Source: Eledone cirrhosa (taxonomy: Eukaryota). From it: a stretch of 64,000 bases of DNA. Made by a program: the position numbers and the translations under genes. The notes below the pieces were generated by a model. That model was not told the origin of the DNA. It searched no databases and worked only from the letters and a program-made list of their open reading frames with translations. Below, piece after piece: positions 25,084 to 38,583 of the stretch. The stretch's first letter is position 1. Each line of letters starts with the position of its first letter. The stretch covers positions 391,034,001 through 391,098,000 of the forward strand of contig OZ024740.1 in assembly GCA_964016885.1 (NCBI GenBank). Reading direction: 5' to 3'.

Positions 25084-26055
25084 TATAACAAAAGGGTTAA
25101 GCCATTACAATAGATGTTGGCTGCTATGGAATAAGACTTTCCCTGTGGGCCTTATTCACATTTTTGTGTCAGCTTTTAACCTTTCCTTAACCACATTTCT
25201 AATAAAATGCACTATATTTTAATTAAATAATGAAGAATTTGAGGAATTTACTAAAATTATTAATCATGCCAAGATAGTATTTGTAACATATTTTAACAAA
25301 AATGTTCTTATATAAAAATATGGAAAATTTTAGTTTAAATATGAATAGGTGGTTTTATATCTTAAAACTTGGTGGTTTAGGTAGGTTGGTATCAAAAAGA
25401 TAAAAGTAACAACATGCTCTCTCGTACTTTTTTTTTTTTACTGTTCAGTTAGGAAGGAAAGGGTATTTTTCTATGGCATTTTTCAAATACCCCAAGACTG
25501 GACTAGCCCATACCAGCCGTGAAAAGCAGATGTAAAATAATGATTAATTTGACTATTAGAGTTTTGTTCTAAGCACAGACTGGAAGTTTTGACAACCAGT
25601 GCAATGCTAACATCTGGGGAACTGAAAAACTTCAACACTTTTTACAAAACCACTCATTTTTAAGGGCTCCAATTTAAATAAAAATCTTCCAAAACGATTT
25701 TATAAAAGAACTATATGTTAAGTAATGTAATAATTATTTCAGTAAATCCCCCCAGAATTCTTCATTAATTAATTGAAATAGAGTATCTAATTAGAAATAT
25801 GGTCATGAAAGGGTTAAACACTGCCGGTTTCAATATTTAATTTTTTTTTGCTCCAAATTATTTGAAATCAGTTAATTAAAAGCTAATTAACTATTAAAGC
25901 TCAATCTAACAACATTGCTATATTTTGTTTAGCATCAACAAGATCTACCTACTTTATTTCTCCATTTCTATATTGTCTTTTTAGCCATAATCCTTTTTGA
26001 GGAGAACTAATTGATTGAATCAATAATAAATAGCACTACTTTCTTTTCTACTTAT

Positions 26056-26262
26056 TAATTGTTTCCACTTTTGGCACAAGGCCTACAACTTGAAGGGAAG
26101 AGGAAAATTGATTAAATTGCCCCAAGAGCATTACTGGTACTTTATTTTATCGATGAAAGGCGAAGTTAACCTCAGCTGGGTTTGAACTCAGAATGTTGAA
26201 AGTTGTAACTAAATACCACCATGTATTTTCTTTGACCTCTACTGATATTGCCAATCCAATAA
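26056..26262 (-). mobile_element. SINE family A copy (diverged)
   Basis: Shared tail, central domain and B box. Confidence 0.7.
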
Positions 26263-26785
26263 TAATGGCCTCATTATGAAACTTATTTGTGTATTGTGTG
26301 TGTGAGATAAATCAATATTGTGAATCAAGCATAACAGGTGCAGGCATATTTTCTTTAATAGGTAGGTTTGACCCGTTATCATCAAACCGGTAATATCAGG
26401 CCAGAATTCTCTCACCTCTTTCTGTTCAAACCACCCATAACCGGCTGCTCATACTTATGTTAAGGTATTGTTCTCAAAATAAATATCAAAATAGCAGATT
26501 TGATATAATGTGAGATAATTATGTAAGGTAAAGCCTTTACCTTACCGTGAAAATACATTTGTTTTGGAAAGACAGCTAAGGAGTAAGTTCCAGAGTCAAC
26601 TTTCCAACCATATATGGGTTGGACGTGGCTTCACCTGCACAGCTTTCCTCAACCTGTCACATTCCTTCATCTCCTTTGTGAGATTTCCATTCTGAGATCA
26701 CGTCTCACCACATCTACCCGATCTTCCTCAACTGCCAACAAACACACACACACTGCAGTCTATCAAAATATGGTATACGTTAATG

Positions 26786-26829
<44 letters not shown>

Positions 26830-29219
26830 CATTATATCTGCTGATATATATATATCAGCAGAAAATGCAGTTACATAAGATAGACAGATGCATCTTTCCT
26901 TCATCAGCCACCTTGCCAATATGAAATTTTATACATTAAGGTTGTATTGCACTTGTAATGGTACTTTGTTCAACAGACTGGAGAACCACTTTGTTGTTAA
27001 GATGCTTGTGAGTTGATAAATTATAGAATGGATAGGAAAATTTATGAGTGTCTTGACAAAAACAGATAAATACATTAAAAAATTACAACTACAAATAAAT
27101 CATCATCATTTAACATCCACTTTCCACGCTAGCATGGGTAGGACACACATATATATAATCTATTTAGGAATAAAATAGTCGACCTTGAGCTCCTACAGTT
27201 TCTGCTTGTGATTTCACTCATAAGTATCTTCCTAAATATACCAACTCTGCATCCCATTATGCATCGAGTACTACTTTGATTAGTCATCTTTCTGAGTTTA
27301 ACACTGTAGACAGTCCATATATATATATATAAAGTATGTGTGATTACTGTTTGTTTGTATCATATCTTTGCGATTCAATCAATAGAGATTGATAAGATAA
27401 GTATCAATCTTTAAAGAAACCTTTTTTAGAAGTACTGAGGTTGAAATGATCGACTAATTCCCTGCAAAGTGGTGCCCCAGCATAGCCTAATGAATGAAGC
27501 CAGTAAAAGAATATAGGAAAGAAAAATAAATTGGATGTGGATGAATTATACCCAGAGGAAAAATATCTTTAAAAATGTAAAATTTGATCAAATTTGTTCT
27601 AATCAAAAAGGTTTGCGTCCACACGGGAAATCATTAGAATATATCTAGTAGTAATGGAGAAAGTAGAAACAGTGAGAATAATTTTAGACATTCTCTCGTC
27701 ACTGAAATCATTAAAAATATTCAAATTACATTATTTATTCTGTGCATTAACATGGCTACAACTAAATGATTTTTTGGGGGTTTTTTTTCTATTTTCTTCT
27801 ATTGCTGAATATTTAACTTTTCAAGACAAAAGCTATTTTCATTATAAAAAAAAAGATTTGTATAGAAACCACATAACATGATGGCTGCAGCCTGATGATA
27901 TTTGCCCCTCCTCCCCTCATACCAGTAATTGATGTAGGTTTAACTATATGGACAATTAACAGTCATATATAGATATTTAAAATCCTGACCATGGCGCCAA
28001 GTGGTCGGGATTTTATATATCTCTATACCCAGTCTGCATCTCCCCATGCATCAAGTACTCCCATGATCAGTGGTCTCCTTGGTCTCAGCACCAGTCTCTC
28101 TCTCTCTCATATATATATATATATCCACTCACACATATAAAAGTACCCTATGGTCAAGCTTCTTCAACTATTTCACCAGCGAAATGCCATAAGGCCTATA
28201 TGATTTACAATATCTACATCCTATTCTTATATCAATTTTTTCATGCTTGCATAGGTTGGACAAGAACATTTTCCCTGGCATGTTTTCAATAGATAGACAG
28301 CTATCCTGATGCCAACCCATACCTTACTCTAAGTATGATATATACCGACCACTGGTACTTTGTCAGATAGCTATGCTGCTGTATGTCACAGTAAAGATTG
28401 GAAAATGTGTTGCAGTATTGGTTAAAAGATTGGTAAATATGTCTCTGCAAATAAACTGCACATTACGAAATGCAGCCATGTTTTTGAAATGGTTGCATTT
28501 CATAGGATCAAGAAGTCTCTCCAGTTGTGTTAAGAAAATGATAAACCCCCTAGTGCTACAATAAAATGCATCCTGTCAAGTGTGAAAATATGAGATGTGG
28601 CCCACAACCTATCTAAGAGATCAGTAGCTCGGATATGATACTGACTTAGTCTGTGACAACCCATCTCATATTTCCTAGCAGGGATGATGTTGAATAAGAG
28701 AAAAACAGGGGCAAGGAGAAAGAAATTGATGGCATCTTAAATCAAAGGCTGCTGTCATATATTGTTAACAGCAGCCTAGCAGGCTGGACAATATGACAAA
28801 AACCAATTTATAAGTTCCTTTTCTCTTGAGTTATGCTTAAGAAACACATCAAATATGTAACACCGACTATGTTTCTCAGATGTCATAATACAATCAAGGA
28901 AAAGAAACATCACTTTTGTCAATAAGAAATATTCAAAATGATTCAGATATGTCGAACGTCAAAATGTCAGGAGATATAATTCAATAATTTATGTTTACAA
29001 GGGGAAATTAATCTTCAAAACTCTACTGGAAGTCCACTATCTTTAGACAGATGCCAAGACAACCATTTCAGTACCATATTTCTAATAAAAGACACTGCTA
29101 GTTGTTTTCAAATCAACTTGAAAATAATCAAGAATATAGAGTTAGTTAGTAATATAACTTTCACATTATTAAACTGGTGTGTGTATCATAACAATTATGA
29201 TGGTTTTGTTAGTGCTTGA

Positions 29220-29600
29220 TATCATAGAACCAGAGGTAGTTTCAGGAGGTTTAGTATGTATCAAAGAACCAGGGGTGGTTTCAGGTAGTTTAGTATGTGT
29301 CACAGAACTAGGGGTGGTTTCAGGTAGTTTAGTATGTGTCACAGAACCAGGGGTGGTTTCAGGTAGTTTAGTATGTGTCACAGAACCAGGGGTGGTTTCA
29401 GGTGGTTTGGTAAGTATCATAAAACCAGGGGTAGTTTCAGGTGGTTTAATATGTATTAGAACCAGGGGTAGTTTCTGGTGGTTTGGTATCATAGAACCAG
29501 GAGTGGTTTCAGGTGGTTTGGTAAGTATCATAGAACCAGGGGTAGTTTCAGATGGTTTGTTATGTATTATAAAACAGGGGGTAGTTTCAGGTGATTTGGT
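29220..29600. repeat. 39-bp minisatellite (about 10 copies) derived from a MITE subterminal segment
   Basis: Unit approximately CATAGAACCAGGGGTGGTTTCAGGTAGTTTAGTATGTGT, lying inside a MITE that ends TCAAAAGAGTTAA at about 29614. Confidence 0.9.
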
Positions 29601-30147
29601 GTCAAAAGAGTTAATGATTGTTTTGCAAAGAAGAATATTTGTGAAACGGTGAAAACTTATGGATGTCCGATTCCAATCTCATTCGAAATTCATTACTAAA
29701 AATAATTGTTACCCAAGGGGAACCAATTGATTCAATAGACTTAGTAATATACTAAGATGGATATATTTTATAGTAGTCTTAGTCTCCTCTACTAATAACT
29801 ACTTCATCTAAGTGGATAACCATTTCATTACGATATTTCTAATAAAAAGTACTGCCCATGGTTTTTAAATAAATTTGAAAATAATCTACAATTTGGAAAG
29901 ATTTAATAAAATTAACTTCCTTGTTAATACGTTGTTTGGAACATTAGCAGGTCTTCAATAAAATCACGGTAAAAGATTTAAATTTACATATAAATAATTA
30001 AAAGAGATAGATGTGTGTCATAGAACAAGGGTGGTAAAACGTATCTACAACAGCTTCACCTTTTCCTGACCAAATTCTTCATTAAATTTTTTTTATTTCA
30101 AATGATTTACTAAAATTATTCATTGTTTCATTATTAAGATGGTATTT

Positions 30148-30362
30148 AGGGTGGTGGATTAGGTGCATTGGATGAAATACTTTGCAGTATTTTGTTATGG
30201 CTCTCTATATTCTGAGTTCAAATCCCACAGAAGTCAACTTTGCCTTTCATCCTTCCAAGCTTGATAAAATGAAGTACCAGTAAAGTATTGGGACTGATAT
30301 TCTCAACTTTCTACTTTCTCAAAAAAAATATTATTGGCCTTGTGTCTAAAGTAAAAATTATT
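30148..30362 (+). mobile_element. SINE family A copy
   Basis: GGTGGTGGATT head, GAGTTCAAATCC, GCCTTTCATCCTTCC...GTACCAG. Confidence 0.75.
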
Positions 30363-31500
30363 TTTAAGATAGTATTTGTAACATCATAAATGGTTATAAT
30401 AATATCATGTTGGAAAGTTTCAATTTAGATAAGAACACTTTAAAATGGGTGATTTAGTTTCATATAACCAGAGGCAGTTTTAGCCAGGGCGCTATCAAAA
30501 GGGTCTATAATGTTAGATATATTACAAAATCCCTTGGAATCTTATTTTCAAAATTGTCTGCAAATCACAGGTGGTGTCTTTTATTAGAAATATGATAAAA
30601 GGGTTAAATTGCTAAAATGATTCTTTGACAATGTCTTCAACACAGTCTCAAATCAAGTGACTCTTAAACAAGTACAGCTATTATGTTAAAGATGACAATC
30701 CTACAACATAAATGTTTGTTTTCACCTAGGTAACAAATGTAAACACACAAACAACACATACAGACTCTGAAATCTAATAACACTAAACCTTTCGTTAAAA
30801 ATCAGGTCAAAACTTTCTCTGGTTCTATCAACAAAACCACCCATTTTAAAGGATTCCTATTTAAATTAAAATCTTTCAATATAATTTTATGTTAAGTTAC
30901 TATCTTATTAATGGAATAATTAATTTTAGTAAAGCCCTCAAAATTCTTCAATCAATTAATTAGAATAGTGTATTTCATTAGAAATAAGGTCACAAAGTAG
31001 AACTACAAACTTGGTATTATTTCAACATATTTGTTTTCACCTAGGTAACAAATGTATCCACACTCACAACACACTAAGATCCAATAACCTTAACAAAAGA
31101 AAGGAATACTAGGAACATTATCTGGAATAGAATCTAAAAGCCAGCTTTGACTAAGCAAATATTTAATCCATTTGGTAATAACCAAAGTCCTTTTGTCAAT
31201 TTTCAGCATTTCAGACGTTTTAAATTTCTTTATGACATTGATAAAAGAAATTAAAACTTGATAGCAACCTGTCTGAAACCTACCCTGGTACTACAATATA
31301 AACCTGCCTGAAACATACCCCCATTTCTATGATAGAAACCTGCCTGAAACCTACCCTCGTTCTATGATACAAACCCACCTGAAACTTACCCTGGTTCTTT
31401 GATACAAAACTGCTTATTTTTATCTGAAAATCTAACATAATTTTATGCAAGATCCTTTAAGTTATGGTCCAAACACTAGCTAAATAATTGTTTCTACGTT

Positions 31501-31682
31501 AATAATTGTTTCTACTTTAGGCACAAGGCCAGCAATTACCCAGTACATTACTGGTACTTTATTTTATCGACCCCGTAAGGATGAAAGGCAAAGTTAACCT
31601 CGGCGGGATTTGAACTCAGACTGTAAAGGGACATAACTATGCTAGAAAGCATGGCGTCCAACCCTGTACCAATACTGCCAAT
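31501..31682 (-). mobile_element. SINE family A copy (young)
   Basis: Near-identical to 39088-39274 and 58295-58480. Confidence 0.88.
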
Positions 31683-32039
31683 AAATAATGATTTACAATT
31701 TAGGCACAAGATCGGCAATTTGTGAAGAGAGGAAAGTTGATTACATTGATCCCAGTACTTTACTGGTATGTTATTTTATACACTAGCTAAATAATGAACT
31801 TATATGATTAAATTCTCAAAAAGACTTGAACAACATAGGTAGTGTCTTTCATTAGAAATACGATAATGAAACTGTTTTTAAAAAAACTAGATAGAACTAA
31901 TTCCAAGTTCTTGTCATGCCAAGGTAGACTTTAACTTCTGGTATTATTTTGAAAATAATCAAGAATTTTGAGGATTTAGTTATATAACTTTGATAGTATT
32001 AAGCTGGTATTTAGAACATAAAAGTTCTTACATAAAATG

Positions 32040-32815
32040 ATGGTATAAGGGGTTTTAGATAAGTATAACACTTTAAAACAAAATAGTTTGTATTGTAGAA
32101 CCCAGGGGCAATTTAGTAACAAAAGGGTTAATTTAATATTTAGGTGCACTGTTTCAGATATACAGTGAAATATTATACTAAGGTGAAGGGTAAGTAGTTT
32201 ACTCTCACTTCTAAAACATACCCTAGCTCTGAGGAAGAATTCTCATTCTTTATAATTCAGTCAAAATTATGGGATAGGTCAGAAGGGAAGATAAATTGCT
32301 TATTTCTTCACTAGACTAGACAACCACACAATCACTTTCATATAGAAATCACTTAAATATTTTACAGATATCACCTAATCCTACCTTGTTAAAAATAGTA
32401 TTTCTAACGTTTTAAAACCAATTCATCCTAAACAACTTTTGGTTCTATGATATAAAACTACTCATTTTAAAGGATTCACATTTGAATTAAAACCTACCAA
32501 CATCATTTTATATTAAAAAAATTTGTTATGTAACAAATAATATCTTAAACTCTAAAGTGTTTATATATTTATCTAAAAAAACCTTCCACTATAATGTTAT
32601 GCAAGAACCTTTGTTAAGTTGTTCTGAACACCAGCTTTTTATTATATAACTAAAACGAAATTTAGTTATATAATAAGTTTCTTGAATATCTAAAAAAGTA
32701 ATTTGAAAATCCTAGGCAATATAGTAATGAAAGGGTAAGATTTTATCACATAAGTATTATGAGTACATGAAAAACTAATTTTCATCTGCAAAATGTTAAG
32801 AGCAAGCTGCATTAT
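32040..32815. repeat. Right arm of the long-range inverted repeat
   Basis: Reverse complement of about 19200-19975. Confidence 0.9.
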
Positions 32816-32839
32816 TTTATGTTCCAAACACTAGTTTAA

Positions 32840-33041
32840 CCCTTTAACATTTATATCATGCTATATTTACTATTTCATTTTCACAGTAACCACTTTATCT
32901 CATAATTATCTGACATAATATTGAATCTAGGAGATTTTGATATTTATTTTAACATAAATACAAGCAGCCAGTTATGGTCAGTTTGAACAGAAAGTGGTGA
33001 AAGAATTCTGGCTGGATATCGCTGATTTAAATGCTAAAGGG
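32840..33041. mobile_element. piggyBac-like MITE (about 210-bp family)
   Basis: TTAA-CCCTTTAACATTTA...TAAATGCTAAAGGG-TAAA; same family as 34816-35042 and 54884-55094. Confidence 0.8.
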
Positions 33042-34795
33042 TAAATAATGAGAAAGGTATATTACTAAATCCCTGTATATTCCTGATTATCTTCAAAATA
33101 ATTTGAAAATCATAAGCAGAGTTTTTCATAAGAAACATAGTAACAAAAGGGTTAATTAAATGAAACAGTATATTTCATTAGAACTGCGGTCTGAAAAAGG
33201 TTAAACATATACAATAAACCAAGCAATAGATATGTACAACAGATATGTGAAATTCCAGCTTTTTGAAGTGGTACAGTGAATCATCACAAATTTGAATAAT
33301 GGAGCTAGCATTACCTGTTTGAGTCTGACAAGATGGAAGGTGTGAAAATGTTTTGTTACCTAGGAGACATGTTGGGTGGAGAAGGTGGATGAGACTCTGT
33401 GACAGTGGTTAGTGTAAGATGTGCAAAGAAGTTCAGGTAACTGAGTAGTATGCTAATGAAGGGAAATGTCACTGCAACTGAAGGGTATTTCTTAAACACC
33501 AATAGACCAAGACTGTAGCAATAGGTATTTATAAAGAGTAAACATTACTACTGTACATCAGATATATGAAATTTCAGCTTTTTGAAGTGGTACAGTTAAT
33601 CATCAAAAATTTGATTAATGGAGCTAGAATTACTTGTTTGAGTCTGACAAACACAGAGTTACATAGTTAAATGGCATTTAGCCAATATACTCACAAATAT
33701 ATTTCCCTTTATTTTCAAATTCATTAAACTTAGGATTAGGAAAAATTAATACTGAGAGTATCCAATTTATAATAGGCACACCATGTCCTTAAGTGTTGTA
33801 AGAGGTGACTTAAAGGGTTGGTACCAGGAAGAGCATCCGGCTGTAAAACATTACCTAAAAAAGGACCCCCATGATAAGTATAAAGTCTATCATGGGACCC
33901 CACATGGCCAACCCATACTTATTATTAATATAAAAAAAAGAATAAGCATTAGGCACAGAAATTACTGCGTGGTTAAGGAGTTTACTTGGCAAATGTGTAG
34001 TTTCAGGTTCAATCCCATTACATAACCTCGGATTGACAAATACCTTGTAAGTGAAATATGGTAGACAGAAATTGTGTGGACGCCTGCTATCTATGTGTAT
34101 ATCAAGTGTCCATGACACATATCCAAGTGTCTATATTTACATTTATTGTTTGTTAATGTTCTGTAACATAGCTGTTAGACAAATAGAGATCAATAAAGTT
34201 GATATGATCAACGAAACCATTGAAGGCGTTGCTGCAACATGACCACTGTCTAATAAATGAAAGCTGTAAAAGAGTATTAGTGCAGTAATATTTCAAATCA
34301 AACTAGATAACCTGCCAGAACAAGAGTCAATATCTAAGTTTTGAGAAGAAAAAAATGAAGCTGGTAACTAAATATAGAAGTGAACCATTACTGTCTATAG
34401 TTTATATTTATGTCATCTGAGACATTTGGTGTCAAAACAACCATACACTAGCTAGGACTAGAGTGTGTGTAATTTTTACAGCAAGTTTCCCATACTTGCA
34501 TGGGTTGGACAAGACTTTGAGGAAAAGTTTTACAGTCGGATGCCCTTCTTGACACCAACCCTTTTAGTTGCTTCTTACGACACGCAGGGATACAATGTAC
34601 CTATTCTAAACTGGACACTCACACAAATATAGATGATGATGAAATATAAATATAGATGAAGAATGGTAAAGCTGTGGGATTGTTAGAGAGAGTTGCTGAG
34701 ATATTAAAACCATCAGAAGTAGAAGTCGAACTAGTAACCTGCATAATCAATCAGGTAATACAGGAAGGAGCCATACCCAATGACTGGCGCAGCAA

Positions 34796-36780
34796 TCATC
34801 ATCATCCCCGTTTAAACCTTTAGCATTCACATTATTTTATATATACTATTATATTTTCATGGTAATGGCTTTACCTCGCATAATTATCTCACATAATATT
34901 GAATCTATGAGATTTTGAAAGTATTTATTTTGAAAACTATGCCTTATCAGTTTGAGCGACCAGTTACAGCCAGTTTCAACAGAGAGAGGTAGAGAATTCT
35001 GGCCGGTTTTGGCCGGTTTTGGCCGGTTTGAACACTAAAGGGTTAACGTACATTTTTTTGCACTAGCATGGGTTAGATGAATTGCCCCATTGTGACCATG
35101 TCTTGCTCATACAGAACTGGTTTTGACTTGGTTTCTAGGGCTGGATGCCCTTCCTAACACCAACCACATTTACAGCGTGCTAGGTGCTCTGTGTCATGGC
35201 ACCTACACGACCAATTTATAGTGTGGGAACGGCTCTTTTTGTTGTGCCGCCAACACAACCACTTTGCAGTATGGGCTGGGGATTTGGATGGAGAGGTGTG
35301 TGGGGATTTGGGTGGTAGATCTAGGGACGTGTGTGAAGGGCAGAATGTTGTTCATGGAGTGTTATTGTGTGGGAGGTTCAAGACGGGGGGGGGGGACAAA
35401 GGGAGGTGTTTTAGGACTTTGGAGGTGTATGGAAGAGAGGATGGAGACAAAGTTGATGCATACTAGATGTATGCCTCAACCCGCGCACATGGGAATGCGG
35501 GTTTTCTGCATTACTGCACAACGCCAGAGATCTCAATCCTGTGAGAGGTGCAATTGTGTAACGTCGGTTTTTATCATCTCATCACAAGTCTTCCTACACC
35601 ATAGCTTCCATCAATTTTGAGCCCCCTGCACCTTTTTATACAGTTGTCATCCTTCATACACATTATGTCCATGCCAACACATTCTCCTCTCCTGTACACT
35701 GCATTTGATCCTTCTTATGGCCAGTTTCTCTCTCAGTTCATTTATGCTTTGCCTTTCATGTATGTTAGTATTACACATGCATTAAAGCTATCTTCATAGG
35801 TCCTCAGACCACAGGACTCATTACCATGCAACATTGCTGTTCGTATATACACATCATATGATCTGCCCTTCATTTTGAGGGAAAAACCTTTCTCCACTAC
35901 ATTCTCACTCTGGTTACAGTACTTTTGGAGCACCAACCTCCACTGCTAATTTGGTCGCCCAGGTAATGGAAACTATCAACCACATCTACTGAGCCCTCTG
36001 GGCATTTAAAGGAGTTAGTATCCCGTGGGCTGGTGCTTCATACTGCACCTGTGCAATGACAACATATAAAACCTGCGTTCTTTGCTAGCCTAACTGAAAT
36101 CCCACTACATCTTTTGTGTACCCATAGTTTGCATTTGAGGCAGAGGATAGAATTTCTACCTACTCCTTTCCTGCACACTAAGCAAAGCCATTTCCCTGAG
36201 GGAATCTGGACTGTTATCCTTTCTACACACTAGGACTTTGGTCTTTGCCAAGTTGACTTTAAGACTTTTAGATTCTAGGCCTTGCTTCCAGGTTTGGAAT
36301 TTTTTTTATCTAGATCTGCCATAGATACAGCTATAAGGGTTAAATCATCTGCATAAAGAAACTCCCATGGGCAGCCAGTCTTAAACTCTTCTGTTATAGC
36401 TTGCAGGTCGATAAACAGGAGAGGGCTAAGAACGGAGCCTTCATGCACTCTTAACTGCATGCTAAATTCTTCACTATAGTCATTAATTCTAACCTTGCTG
36501 ACTGTTCTTCACAAGCCACACTACTCCTAGTTTTCTAAGAGCCCAATAGATAATGAAACGGGGTACTGTCAAAAGCTTTTTCCATGTCCACAGATGCCAA
36601 TTATAGGGGGTTTACTTTTAGCTAGGTACTTCTGCCGTTGCTTCACAAGGAAGAGGGCATTAGTGGCAAAAATCTGAACTGCATCTCATCTAGATTAACT
36701 CAGTCTCTGATCAGCTGTGCTGTAACTCTTCCTTTGACCTTCATGACCTAGTCAATCAACTTGATGCCTCTATAATTTTC
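34796..36780 (-). mobile_element. Decayed RTE LINE (minus strand) with (GAT)n tail
   Basis: NYRGIKL, VDMEKAFD, HEGSVLSPLLF, FLYADDL, finger remnant, 3' UTR, and CATCATCAT at 34798. Confidence 0.85.
34816..35042. mobile_element. piggyBac-like MITE with demonstrable TTAA duplication
   Basis: Splits the RTE tail CGTTTAACGT into CGTTTAA[MITE]TTAACGT; TIRs ACCTTTAGCATTCA / TGAACACTAAAGGG. Confidence 0.88.
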
Positions 36781-38249
36781 TCAGTTCAATAATAAATTTC
36801 TATATGGATAAAGGTGATGCTCTAGAAAGAAATAAAACTAATGGACTAAGTTATGAAAGTGACAAAGAGTTATAGCATAGCTAATTAGGGAGATGCAGTT
36901 TGGTTTCTTGTCTGGAAAAAGTAGAACAGATGCCCGCTTTTTAGTGAGGCAACTACAAGAGGAGTTCCTATCCAAGTATATTTAGCTTTTGTTGATCTAG
37001 AAAAGGCCTTAGAGAGAGTACCTATTAGCAGGTGGTCCTTAAGAAAATTAAGTGTAGAAGAATGGCTTGTGACAACAGTGCAAGTCATGTACAGAGGTAA
37101 AGTGAGTTCAGTGAGGAATTCAAGGTGCAAGTAGGAGTTCATTAGGGTTCGGTTCTCAGCCCACTGCTGTTCATTATAGTTCTCCAAGCCATAACAGAGG
37201 AGTTTAAGTCTGGCTGTCCATGGGAACTTCTCTATGTGGATTACCTTGTCCTTATAGCTGAATCCACAAAGGTACTAGAGAATAAGTTCCAACTATGGAA
37301 ACAGAATTTGGAATCAAAAGTGCTGAGAGTAAACTTAGCCAAAACTAAAGTGCTAGTGGTCCTGATCAATATGTAGAAAAGGAGTAGGCATAATCTCTAT
37401 ACAATGTACACAGTGTAAATCTTGGATACACAAAAGATGTAGTGGGATAACAGATAGAAAGTCTTCCCTTTTTGTTAGTCTATGTAAAAGATGCACAAGT
37501 TTAATCGAGAAGAACAACAGTGATATAAACCTTTCCCAATCACATGAAGTGGTTGATAGATTCTGCTATCTAGATGACCTAATTAGCAGCGGAAGAGTAT
37601 AATAGCTAGAACAAGAATAGGATGGAAGAAGTTTCAAGGGCTACTCCCAATGTTGACAACAAAAGATTTCTCCTTATGTACAAAGGGACGACTGTATGAT
37701 GCCTGTGTGCAAAGTGTGGTGCTGCATAATAGTGAGACATGCATAGGACATGCATAGACTGGAGAGAAATGAAGCAGGCATGCTTTGTTGGATATGCGAT
37801 GTAAATGTGAGAGAAAGGCAGAGCTTGAACGAACTGAGGGAGAAACTGGATCGAAGAGGAATCCAAAGGGGTATGCAAGAGAGAAAACTGCATAGGTATG
37901 GACATCTGATGCACATGGATGATGATCACTGAGGGAAGAAGTGCCAGGAAATCCCAGTGGAAAGACGCCACAGTAGAGGTAGACGAAGAAAGACATGGCC
38001 AAAGGTGGTGAGAGCTGATCTCAAATAACTGAGACTCACAGATGAGATGACAAAGGAATGCGGTGAGCAGAGAGATGCTGTGCTGAAGAGGACCCATCCA
38101 ACCCATGCAAGCGTGGAAAAACAGATGTAAAAGCAGTGATGATGAACAACCCAATTCAAAGCATAAAAAATAGATGCTAAACAGAGATGTTGATATATAT
38201 GCATGCGTGTGTGTATGTATACATATTTATATATATATATATATATATA

Positions 38250-38583
38250 ACGACCCAGCATAAATGTGTTGAGAGAGAAACTGTGTCTGAGAGGGATAGA
38301 ATGTAGTGTACAGGAGAGGAGACTGAGGTGGTATGGACATGTGATGCGCATGGAGGATGACCGATGGGTGAAGAAGTGCCAGGAAATGCCAGTTGAAGGA
38401 AGACGTGGTAGAGGTAGACCACGAAAAACATGGGCGGGGGTGGTGAGAACAGACCTCAGATCATTGAAGCTCACGGTGGAGATGACGAAGGACCGTGACG
38501 AGTGGAGAGATGCTGTGCTGAATAAGACCCGTCCCACCCTTGCAAGCAGGGAAAAGCGGACGTAAAATGATGATGATGATGAT
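38250..38583 (+). mobile_element. 5'-truncated RTE with (GAT)n tail next to (TA)n
   Basis: LREKLCLRGIECSVQERRLRWYGHVMRMEDDRWVKKC...GRPRKTW...REKRT* followed by (GAT)5. Confidence 0.9.

Larger units (their letters stand above)
34655..38145 (+). mobile_element. Old RTE LINE (plus strand) interrupted by an opposite-orientation RTE
   Basis: MKNGKAVG...EGAIPNDWRS at 34655-34795 resumes at about 36785 (DKGDALER, EMQFGF, AFVDLEKA, GSVLSPLLF, LYVDYL) through to a GAT tail at about 38140. Confidence 0.8.

Noticed and set aside
29169-29652. Mucin-like PETTPGS repeat ORFs on both strands
   Set aside because: A 39-bp unit (multiple of 3) derived from a MITE; no splice or start context.
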